A DNA stretch of 64,000 bases from Octopus sinensis. Taxonomy: Eukaryota. The notes beneath the pieces were generated by a model that made no database searches, had not been told where the DNA came from, and saw only the letters and a program-made list of their open reading frames with translations. The first letter of the stretch is position 1, and each line of letters begins with the position of its first letter. This document shows, in pieces, positions 12,030 to 22,880 of this stretch. The stretch spans positions 149,668,001-149,732,000 of the forward strand of contig NC_042998.1 in NCBI RefSeq assembly GCF_006345805.1, written 5' to 3'. The position numbers and the translations under genes were made by a program.

Positions 12030-12489
12030 ATATCTATATATATATATATTATATATATATCTATATATATATATATATATACGTGTATACGTGTGTCCTG
12101 TGCAAGAATATATATGTAGCCTTGTCTAAAATGTTTTGAGTTATAATCCCAAGAGAGAGAATATACGATTCCAACTTCCAAAGAAATATGATTTCGACCT
12201 CGAAATCCTTTGGTTTTTAGGGTATAATTCTCTGTGGAGGTTATCTTAGCCAACATTATGTTTCAGCGAAGCTGGGAATATATTTGTGTACAGTATTAAC
12301 CATTTCATCATTTGTACCCTGCAATGAAATGAATACACGGTATATATATATATATGTATGTATGTATGTTGTATGTATGTAAGTTTATAATTATATGCAA
12401 ACACACACACGCGCAAACTGATGTAATTCAAGAATATAGAGTTTCTCTTAATTAAGCAATTAAGCATTTGTTAGAAAATAAGTGAGGGA

Positions 12490-12650
12490 AGGTGACCCAG
12501 TTGTTAGGTTTCTGTGGTCACGACCATAAGATCGCGAGTTCGTTTCCTCTTCAGGGCATAGCGATGAGTCGTTGCGCAAGTCGCTTCATTACATATTGCT
12601 CCAATCGATTCAGTTAAAATGAAGACAGCTGAATGCTAGCAAAACTCTCC
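12490..12650 (+). mobile_element. Degraded tRNA-derived SINE (family D-like)
   Basis: GTGACCCAGTTGTTAGG...GAGTTCGTTTCC head. Loosely similar to 29708-29900. Confidence 0.35.
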
Positions 12651-13312
12651 CCCTCCAACTATTATCATTCATATATAGCTGAACCAGAGGCATGAGAATC
12701 GAAGGATGTCCATGTCTCCACGTAACCACAAAGAAACCTAAAACAATTAACGAAATAATGGAACAAGCTACCAGGCCATACTCGTTTGCGAGTGACGGCT
12801 ATTGTTTTGCATACTAGAAATTGTACTTTTCCTACTTAAGCTAGAGTATTAAATATATATATACAAACTTCCTGAGCTTTGCATGTCGGAAAAGGAATTC
12901 TGTAAAATGAATGTGTGTGTGTGTGTGTGTGTTTCTGTTAATAAGAGTAATTTAAGAGAATTAAAGAAACGTGAAAATATAAAATAAAATTACAATTAAA
13001 TAGGAGAAAGTGCAACGAGGGATGAAAAGGAAATAATAGTGACATGAGAATAAAATACCCGGAAAAAGTATGAAAATTCCGGGTACCCGGTCGTGTTGTA
13101 GACAGTTCTTCTTCTTCTTCTTCTTCTTCTTCTTCTTCTTCTTCTTCTTCTTCTTCTTCTTCTTCTTCTTCTAGTCTTTTTCCACCCCTTCCTCTTCCCC
13201 TTCCTGCTCCCCTTCTTCTTCTTCTTCCTTTTTTTTACTTTTTGTATGTACGCGTGTCCTGTGTAAGACTATATATGTAGCCATTTTTGTTTTTTGTTCT
13301 TTTTTTGTTTTG

Positions 13313-13430
13313 TTTTGCCTTTCATCCTTTCGAGGTCGATAAATTAAGTACCAGTGAAACACTGCGGTCGATGTAATCGACTAGTCCCCTACCACCAAAC
13401 TTCAACATTGTGCCTTTAGTTGAAATGATA
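13313..13430 (+). mobile_element. SINE family A, 3' half with (AAT)n tail
   Basis: TTTGCCTTTCATCCTTTCGAGGTCGATAAATTAAGTACCAGT matches the family A body. Followed by (AAT/AAC)n at 13428-13531. Confidence 0.7.
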
Positions 13431-13447
13431 ATAATAATAATAATAAT

Positions 13448-13483
<36 letters not shown>

Positions 13484-13530
13484 AATAATAATAATATAAT
13501 AATAATAATAATAATATAATAATAATAATA

Positions 13531-13572
<42 letters not shown>

Positions 13573-13877
13573 TTCTCTTTATCACAGGTTTTGTTGGAGT
13601 TCCTACAGCGGGCTTACTACCTGCAGCCTTCGTTATCGTGCTCTTCGTTCTTTTCAGCTATCTAATACTTTCCTGATAATTCTTTACGTGCCAAGGAGGT
13701 AGACCTTTCGTAACAGTTCTACTGGACCCTCCATTTCAGTTTCCTTATATTCATGTTGATGCCTTCTGATACTGTTCCCAAGGATCCAAAAATAATTGGC
13801 ACTATCTTCACCTTCTTCATTTTCCATAGCCGGGCTATTTCGTAATTAAGAGGGTTGTATCTATCTATCTATCTATC

Positions 13878-13952
<75 letters not shown>

Positions 13953-15220
13953 ATCTATCTATCTTTCCATTTATCTATCTTTCCGCCTTCCTTCTTGACT
14001 ATTCGTGGGTCAAAGGGGCATGCAACATCAACGACAAAGCCTTTGTGGTGCACCTTGTCACCACCATTACGTCAGGTTAGTTATGCTCTAGCACCTGATC
14101 TGTTTTGATTGGGAAATCCCAGAGGAATTTTCTAGTCTGCGACTCTGCCACTCTGCGGTTTGTGCTCATATCATGTCTTGCCTCTCTCTAGTCCCTACTT
14201 TTTGCACAGTTTCCAATGGAGCACTTTTGCTACCTGGTCGTGTCGCTACAATTTGGATGATGGGTTCCATGCATCGTTAGGAGTTTTCTTCACTTTCTGT
14301 CCATCTCCTTTAGCTCCTCTTCTGTCCACTTCAAGGTTCCAGCGCCCCGTCTTATCACCATCGTAGCACATTTGGAGAGTCCGAACTCTATCTTAATATC
14401 ATTGGAGAAAATCCGCACAGACTGAACTAGGCTGTCCACTTCTGCCTCAGTTTTTGTGTATAGCTTCAGGTCGTTCATGAATAGCAAGTGGTTTAGTTTT
14501 CCCTTACCTCTTCCCATATAATAAACCAACTGTGTTTTCTGTAGTATTTTACTGTCAACCCCAGCATGAATATCAGTGGGGACACATTGTTCCCTGAAAG
14601 ATTCCTCTTTTGATTTTCACCTCTCTTAGTACTTGCTTCCCTGCTACCAATTCCGTTCTCCAGTGTTTCATGCTATTCCATATAAGGCTTCTCACATTTT
14701 CTGCTACTCCATACATTTCCATTGTTCTTATTATCCAGGAATTTGGTATCATATCGTATGCTTTACGATAGTCAACCCATGCCATGCTCAGCTTTGTATA
14801 TTTCCTCTTTCAGTTCCTGATAATTAAATTATCAATTAAGAGCTGATCCTTTGGCATCCTTTCAGCCCATTTTTTTCAAAGAATGCAACATTTCCCTTTT
14901 CAGGATCTTTGGCACATAACAATGTCTTTCCCTCCATCCGGTCCTGGGCTCTACAAATTTGGAAATTTTCTTAACTGCTATTTTTATCATTTCTTTAGTT
15001 ATCTTCTTGGACTTCTATATTTCTTAACCCATCTTGGATTACATGTAGCTACTCCGCTTCAACATTATGCTCTAAATGTTGGTTCCAGGTCCCTCCCCAG
15101 AATGCCTTGCTTTCCTCAGCATCTGGTATCACTGTTACGTGTATTTGCCCATCTAATTCCTGAAACAGTTTCTTCTGATTTGCTTCAAACAATCTATTTT
15201 GCCTGAACAGTCTTTTTCTA
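13573..15220 (-). mobile_element. RLE-type (R4/Dong-like) non-LTR retrotransposon, degraded RT + restriction-like endonuclease
   Basis: AWVDYRKAYDMIP and KRGIFQG (14573-14785); NHLLFMNDLKLY...FGLSKCA (14290-14529); C-terminal VVDVACPFD, VKIVPIIFGSLG. (AAT)n tail at 13532-13572; (TCTA)n inserted at about 13860-13975. Confidence 0.85.
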
Positions 15221-15263
15221 TTGTCATATCTTTCCAGTTTTGTTTTGATTGCTGCTGCTCCTG

Positions 15264-15332
<69 letters not shown>

Positions 15333-15518
15333 ATAATAATAATAATAATAATAATAATATAATAATAATAATAATATAATAATAATAATACTAATATAAT
15401 AAGAAATAATAATAATAATAATAATATGATGATGATGATGATGATGAGGATGATGATGATGATGATGATTATATAATAATAATAATGATCTTCTTCTTCA
15501 TCTTTTATATTATTATTC

Positions 15519-15594
<76 letters not shown>

Positions 15595-15789
15595 CTATTA
15601 ATTTAATAGGTAAGCGTGGGAATGGAAAAACAACGTACGTATACACGTTTTTGTGAATAGCTGCCAAACACATGCACACGTGCACATACACATACGAACA
15701 CTTATGCGTAAATGTATGTTTCGGTCTCTCTCCCATACTTTCACCTTTCAAAAGCTGATATAATACCACGGCCTTCAGCGCTACGCTTC

Positions 15790-16055
15790 CACTCATCTGA
15801 GGAATTTTGTCTTGTGGGATAATTGGTAACCTCATTAGTGCCAATGCAATGAAAGAAAGCAGCAAGTTTACTTTGTAAAGCGGTTGGCGTTAGGAAGGGT
15901 ATGCTGCCGTAGAAACCATTCTAAAGCCGACTCATAGCTTGGTGTAGTTTTCTGGCTCTTCAGTTCCTGCTGGACCATCCAACCCATTCTGGCAAGGAAA
16001 ACAGTCGTTAAGCGATGCAGTGATATCACTCATAACGATTATGATGATGATGATC
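15790..16055 (+). mobile_element. Degraded SINE or LINE 3' end with RTE-type tail
   Basis: GGTTGGCGTTAGGAAGGG...GTAGAAAC...CCATCCAACCCAT...GTTAAGCG followed by (ATG)n, an RTE-like 3' UTR organisation (from recall). Confidence 0.4.
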
Positions 16056-16181
16056 ATATAAATATGTGCACACATGTATACACACACACCTACATACATG
16101 CGAACATATATACACACAAACATACATACATATATATATGTGTGTATAATTTAGATATATACATCTATATAAATGCGTGTG

Positions 16182-16261
<80 letters not shown>

Positions 16262-16324
16262 GTATCTATATATATGTACGTATACATGCATATATATGTA
16301 TGTATAAAGATATAGTTATATATA

Positions 16325-16540
16325 TATAAATACAATTGGGACAAGAGCGCAAAACATCCAAACAGACGTTACAAAAACACGGACGGGTCATTCGAAGCTT
16401 ACTGTTCAGTCAAGAACCTAAAGGCTTCGAATGACTCGTCCGTGTTTTTTGTATCGTCTATTTGGATGTTTTGCGTCTATCGTCTATTTGGATGTTTTGC
16501 GTTCTTGTCCCAATTGTCCCAATTGTATTTTTATATGTAT
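16325..16540. repeat. Foldback inverted repeat, ~75-bp arms, ~23-nt loop
   Basis: Left arm ATACAATTGGGACAAGAGCGCAAAACATCCAAACAGACG...GGGTCATTCGAAGC is the reverse complement of the right arm GCTTCGAATGACTCGTCCGTG...TTCTTGTCCCAATTGTAT. The right arm carries two internal tandem duplications. Confidence 0.85.
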
Positions 16541-16574
16541 ATAATAGTGGCGTACGTACACTTTTACTCTCTAG

Positions 16575-16645
<71 letters not shown>

Positions 16646-18000
16646 ATAAATATATATTTATATACATACATACGTACACACACACACACATATATACATG
16701 TGTATGTATGTGTGTGTGCATATATATATAGTCACTCCGGCATTCGGGCTATTCGGGCTTAGCCCGAGTATAAACTTAGTAAAGCAAACCTGTACACACA
16801 ATTTCTACCAACACTGATTTCAAGTATGTAACTGCAGCGAATAACTCGGGCTCCTTTTATTGAGTCTGGGGCACTTCATTTATTTTTTTTTCAACGTCTG
16901 GTGGTCGTCTTAGAAGTGCCCTGTGTCAAAAAATATCATTCATAGCAGAAGTTACAGCCCGAGTTGTTATCTATAATCGTAAAACTTAAAAGTAATTCAA
17001 ATTCAATATTTTCTTGAAACAATATATTTGTATAGGGATTAGGGTTTAAATTCCAATCTATGAAAAGTATCCGTTCTACAATATTCTTAAAGAAAGAAAA
17101 ATTATCCTGCAATCGAGCTAATACTAACAAGCCTAGATGGCGTAAAAAACTAACTGGCATTTCTTGTCAAGAGTACAGGCGACAATCACACTGCAGTCGT
17201 AATTTGATTGCTGTTATTCTGTGCGTACGGATTAGTTGTGTTTTGCAGGATTGCTTTATTTTTACCCTTAACTTAGAAATGGAGAAAGACATAGTGTTAG
17301 ATACAAAAATAAACCATTTAGGGATAGAAATAAAGCAGGAAAACGTGAAATTCTTCGAACAGGCACGTGTCTTACGTGAAACTTGTATGTGATGAGCCCG
17401 AGTGACGAAATCTGTGATGAACCCGAATAACGCTGGTGACCTGGAGTCGCCTCTGCTGTATATATATATATATATACATATAATGAAAGAGGAGAGTTCG
17501 TTTATTATAATATTTACTTATAATCTTACGTGCAATTCGTTAACAGTGAATATTCTATTGTCAAATCTTCGGAGATTACGTAACTCATATGAATAATCTC
17601 TGGTATACATACATGGCTAACTACAGCGTTACCATGACAGTATATTTCCCTTTCAGCTCATTTGATTACTTATTTCATCAACATTCATGGTACAATATGC
17701 TAGCTATCTCTTGTTCTCCCACTTGTCAATCTATCTATTTACCAATTCGAACTCTCTTCATACTCTCTTTCCATTCATACTCTTTCTTTCCATTCCACCA
17801 TTTTTGACAAAGACGCTGTCTTCTACCACATTCTGATATACTTGCAGGAATAAGGAAACCATCTCTACCTGTGAATTCATATTCGTAATACTGTTGAGGG
17901 ATATCGATAGATATGTAGATAGACAGAAAGATAGATAGGTAGATAGATCGATCGATCGATCGATAGATAGATAGATAGATAGGTAGATAGGTAGATAGAT

Positions 18001-18077
<77 letters not shown>

Positions 18078-18307
18078 TTCATGTATACATGAATAGATGC
18101 ACATATTCAGTTGTGTACATCTACAAGGACATACATGTAAAAATAATGATACACAGGTATACACACACATACACCTACATATAGGCACATTCTAACGGAA
18201 TCAGATATTTACAAACACCGGGAATTGTCTTAACTCAAAACGCCTTGTCACCTTGTTAGCCACTGGGTCGAGCACTATTAGGAATTCATGGAAAACATAC
18301 ATGCATA

Positions 18308-18348
<41 letters not shown>

Positions 18349-18349
18349 G

Positions 18350-18384
<35 letters not shown>

Positions 18385-18574
18385 CTTTTCCCGGTGTTTA
18401 CAAATAACACGGAAAAAATAAATAAACAGTTACCAGGGTAGCAAAAGATCACTCAAGTAATAAGGATGTAACAAATTATTTATAAAGGTAAGAACTCCAG
18501 GTTAAGGTGAAATGTTTTGTATGATATAGATAAATAAATAAATGGAGTTAAACGCAGGTGTTATTCAAATTCTG

Positions 18575-18656
18575 TTATATGTTTCGAAGACAACATTGAT
18601 ATTATTCCAGAAGGAGTTAAATGGTGTAAAACAATGCAATCTTCTCATCAGCGAAA
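18575..18656 (-). ncRNA. Hammerhead motif (long stem II family), cleavage triplet deleted
   Basis: Minus strand CTGATGA-GAAGA...TCTTC-GAAAC-ATAT, then lacks the GTCGGAAG seen in the 19594 copy. Confidence 0.55.
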
Positions 18657-19588
18657 GAAAGAAACCAAATACATCAATTAGACAGTTTAACAGAATGTGA
18701 TGACTGTGTATAATGATGAACAGAACGTTATGAAGTTTTAATTTTTTTTAAAAACCGTTAGTACATATAACGTCAAAGGTAGCATATAGACAGAAGGAGG
18801 AGAAGCAAAGAAATTAGCAGAAAACAAATAGTAAAGAAATATAGAGCGATGGGTGAATTAGAATAAAGCTTAAATGCGTAGAATTAGATATATTTAGTGA
18901 AAGTAAAATGTAAGAAGTCAATCAAAGATCAAATTATATAGAATTGTAGAAATCACTTATAGGAACTAAAGGTATGCTTCTGCCAGTGTTTGCAACGATA
19001 AACGCTGTCTATAAACGTGTTTACAAGGAGATTCTTTGAGAATAGAATATAAAACATCTCGCAATTACAAAGCGAGCAGAAATGTTTACATTTGTCTTAC
19101 GGTAAAGAAATAGAGAGAATATTCCATTCCAAATTAAATTGTTTATTATGATCTTTTAGATACCAGATTAATTTACTAAGCCCTGTATTGTTACGTCTAT
19201 TGTAATGCCTAAATGTAGAGTAATGCTTGAATATTCTTTTGGACAACTGAGATAAAGAACTACCTATTGGCAGAAACATACCTTTAGTTCCTATAAGTGA
19301 GTTCTACAATTCTATATAATTTGATCGTTGATTGTGTTCTTACGTTTCACTTCCACTAAATATATCTAATTCCACAATTTTAAACTTTATTCTAATTCAC
19401 CCTATATTTCTCCGCTATGATTTTCTGCTAATTTCTTTCCTTCTCCTCATTCTCTTTCTCTATGCTACCTTTGACGTTTTATCTACTAACGGTTTTAAAA
19501 AAAATAAAAACTTAATAACGTTCCATTCATCATATACGCAGTCATCACATTCTGTTAAAATGTTTTATTGATGTGGTTGGTTTCTTTC

Positions 19589-19676
19589 TTTACCTGATGA
19601 GAAGATTGCATTGTTTTACACCATTATATTCCTTCTGGAATAATATCAATGTTGTCTTCGAAACATATGTCGGAAG
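19589..19676 (+). ncRNA. Type I hammerhead ribozyme with long stem II
   Basis: CTGATGA 19594-19600; stem II GAAGA/TCTTC, CATTG/CAATG and apical TATTCC-TTCT-GGAATA; GAAA 19660-19663; C-ATAT-G stem III (palindromic ACATATGT); GTC 19669-19671; stem I TTTAC/GGAAG with one mismatch. Confidence 0.75.
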
Positions 19677-19708
19677 TAACAGAATTGGAATAACAACTGC
19701 GTTTAACT

Positions 19709-19755
<47 letters not shown>

Positions 19756-19893
19756 CATATTTATACATACAGGAATAACTACATATGACGTTTGGATTTA
19801 TGTCAAGTTTATATGAAAAACCGTTAAATTCATCTGAAAGGTTACTCTAAACATTTTTGTACTCTTATATTGTACATTTACAAGTGAAGAATT

Positions 19894-19939
19894 GATAGTA
19901 ACTTCTAAGTTTCAGCTTTCTGGCATTCATCAGACAATC
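19894..19939 (-). ncRNA. Candidate type I hammerhead ribozyme (GUU site)
   Basis: Minus strand GATTGT-CTGATGA-ATGCCAGAAAGCT-GAAAC-TTAGAA-GTT-ACTATC. Stem I pairs at 5 of 6 positions; stem III AACTT/AAGTT. Confidence 0.55.
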
Positions 19940-20031
19940 TGGAGAAAGCGAGTAAGCCGAAGCTTCGTACTAATTGTCAACTTATTTCCTTATAAAACTT
20001 TGATATGTATACACACACACACACACACACA

Positions 20032-20104
<73 letters not shown>

Positions 20105-20388
20105 GTATATGCATGCAAGTCGGAATATGACCACCAAAGCCCCGGAAACAGCTGTTGGACTCGTGATACACTATCCGTTTAAATCCTGATATCATTTATA
20201 TTCTGTAAGACGGACTATTTTATATCCATACACATGTATATTTGTCTATTAAATGTACTTGATTTTCTGTGTAAATCGACTTGCCTAACTTGCTTCTCAT
20301 TACATCTACTCATCTGCTGGCTCAGGTTCAAATCGCTTGAGCACTTCGAAATGTATTCTATATAGAGGACACCTGTCTCTAACCAGCA

Positions 20389-20428
<40 letters not shown>

Positions 20429-20493
20429 ATATATTATATATATATATATTATATATATTATTATATATATATATATATATAATGTATGTATAT

Positions 20494-20547
<54 letters not shown>

Positions 20548-20920
20548 GATGTATGTATGTATGTATGTATGTATGTATGTATGTATGTATAAGAGAACAT
20601 TATTATCCTAAAAGTAATAACGTTTAGTGACCGCGAGCGTAAAAGCCGCATAGGCAATATTAATAATTATATATAATATATTTAAATATATCTATATATA
20701 CTAGGTTACTACATAAACACCTGCTTCGCTAAAAATAGAAGTCAAAAGCCTCCTAAGCCACAGAAGAGTCACTAAATTTATACAGGCATGATAGGAACAA
20801 TATTTTAGTGAATAAGGATAGCGTCTTACTTCTGCAAAGGATGCAGCAGTGATGTCAGTTAATCTTGATTTCGATTTTAGCGCCAAAGAGACATGATTCA
20901 CATCATGGTTCTATATGTAA

Positions 20921-20966
<46 letters not shown>

Positions 20967-21067
20967 GTATATATATAATTGATAAAAATGTTAAGACAAC
21001 AAAAGAATGAAAGAGACCTCGATATCATGTAAATAGAGGAATTTATCTGTAAATGTAATATGCGACA

Positions 21068-21174
21068 ATTATTCGGTAGCCATGATAAAACCCCAAGTTT
21101 AACTGAAGAGCTAGCGGCGTGAGTTTCCACCTCGGCATCCGAAACTCGGAATTTTATCATGGCTACCGAATAAT
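21068..21174. repeat. Perfect 23-bp inverted repeat enclosing a hammerhead-like remnant
   Basis: ATTATTCGGTAGCCATGATAAAA (21068-21090) and TTTTATCATGGCTACCGAATAAT (21152-21174). CTGAAGA at 21103 and GAAAC at 21141 lie inside. Confidence 0.75.
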
Positions 21175-21509
21175 ATATATTATATATATATATATATATA
21201 CATATGGTACAATTATAAACAGAGCAGATTTGAGCCATTTCTCCGCAGACTGAAAAAGATGAATAACTTTAATCGATTTTCGGACCTTATTGGGTCTCAT
21301 CAAAAGCATCCATTTCATTCTGATAATGTGTAGAGAAGCAAGTAGCCAAACTGTTTATATACTTAACAAATACAGCAGTTACTCTATGAAGGAGTCCCTA
21401 ATTTGCATACGGTGAGTGTTTACTATTCTATAAATACTGAGAACTTAGTCCACACAGTATCAAGGCATGATATAATAAATATGTAACATATGATATAATT
21501 ATAAACAGG

Positions 21510-21680
21510 GCAAATGGTTCAAATTTACTGAAAAACAAAAGACGAAGACAAGTAGTGTAGAAAACAAACAAATGTATTAGTATAGCGCTCGGGAATTGAA
21601 AAAGTCTTTTACGTTTCGAGCCTACGCTCTTCCACAGAAAGGAACACAGAAAAAAAAACTAGGAGAGAAACAAGGAGCCT
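21510..21680 (-). repeat. Dispersed Penelope-terminus-like repeat (other copies ~27285-27420, 36040-36190, 46170-46330)
   Basis: Shared GCGCTC(G/A)GGAA...TTTCGAGCCTACGCTCTTC...GAAAGG block. It contains a hammerhead-like NNGAAGAGCGTAGGCTCGAAACGT on the opposite strand. Confidence 0.55.
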
Positions 21681-21689
21681 GATTGCGCC

Positions 21690-22803
21690 AATTTTATTCC
21701 TGGTTTTACAGTGTATGCATAACCGCTCCACTACTGATGTGCACCGAAGAAGAACAAAGAGCAGTAATCCGATTTCTCTGGCCGGAAGGTGTATCAGGTG
21801 CTGAAATTTATCGGAGACGCAGCACGGGGAAAGTGTACTACCGCAGAAAAGTGTGTATGAGTGGATAGAGAAGTTTAAAAGTGGCCGAACAAGCATGACG
21901 CATGAAGAGGAAGCAGGACACCCGTCAAATTTCACCACTGACGAGAAGATTCAGCAAGCTCGAAAGATGGGAATGGTGAACTAGCGAGTTATCATCGATG
22001 AAGTAGCTCGTTCTCGGCAGATTAATCATGGTTCTACCTATCAAATCATCTACGATGAGCTCAGCTTTCATAAAGTCTGTGCAAGATGGGTGCCAAGAGA
22101 GCTTACTGCAGAGCACAAGCGTAAACATCTTGAGGTCTGCCAATGTTTACTCGATCGCTACAATAACGAGAGCGAGGAATTTTTGAGCAGAAAACAAAAC
22201 ATGGGTTCATCATTACGAGACAAAATAAAAAAAAAAACATAGCATGGAGTGAAAGCATCCTGGTCCGCGGGAAAGCTGATGCGAACACCTTTTTGGGACT
22301 CAAAAGAGACTATATTGGAAGACTACCTGGAAAAAGGGGTATACGATCAACGTTGCCAGATACAGTGTTTTGCTGGCCAACAAACTGAAGCTAGCAATTT
22401 GCACCAAACGTCGAAGCCTATTGTCGAAGTTAGTTCTGTTGTTGCATGACAATGTACACCCACACACGGCCACCCAGATTGTAGAAACCATTAACCACTT
22501 AGATTTTGAGGTGCTGGAACACGCTGCCTACAGCCCACATCTCGTCCCTTCCGACTATCATATTTTGGACCGCTCAAAGATGGTTTACGAAGTCATCGAT
22601 TTTTAACGGATAAAGATGTGGAGGAAGCAGTGCATAAATGATTGCATGACCAATTGAAAATCTTCCTCTTGCAGGGAATACGCAAGCTTGTGGACCATTG
22701 GACCGAGGGCAACGAAAAGGAAAGAGAAAATATAGAAAAATGAGGTACTTGTGTAAATACGTTGAAACATCTATAGTGCTTATAATTTTTGACGCTCCGT
22801 CAT
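21690..22803 (+). mobile_element. Mariner (DD34D) transposon, decayed transposase
   Basis: EEQRAVIRFLW, VYEWIEKFKSGRTS, KVCARWVPRELT, LLHDNVHPHTA, YSPHLVPSDY in several frames. Right TIR-like TAATTTTTGACGCTCCGTCATA near 22780-22803. Confidence 0.88.
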
Positions 22804-22880
22804 ATTTACATAAATATATGTATATATACATACATACCTAATACGTGCATATACATATATATATATATATATATTTGTTG

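Larger units (their letters stand above)
18385..19712 (-). mobile_element. Penelope-like element: GIY-YIG C-terminus, 3' terminal repeat, and inverted copy of that repeat at the truncated 5' end
   Basis: Spacer 18990-19270 encodes KRIFKHYSTF...NNTGLSKLIWYLKDHNKQFNLEWNIL...CSLCNCE...RCKHW. Arms 18540-18990 and 19270-19712 are mutual reverse complements. Homologous copy at 36635-37335. Confidence 0.85.

Noticed and set aside
13066-13105. TACCCGGAA...TTCCGGGTACCCGG small inverted repeat, a possible DNA transposon end
   Set aside because: No matching second terminus was found in the window.
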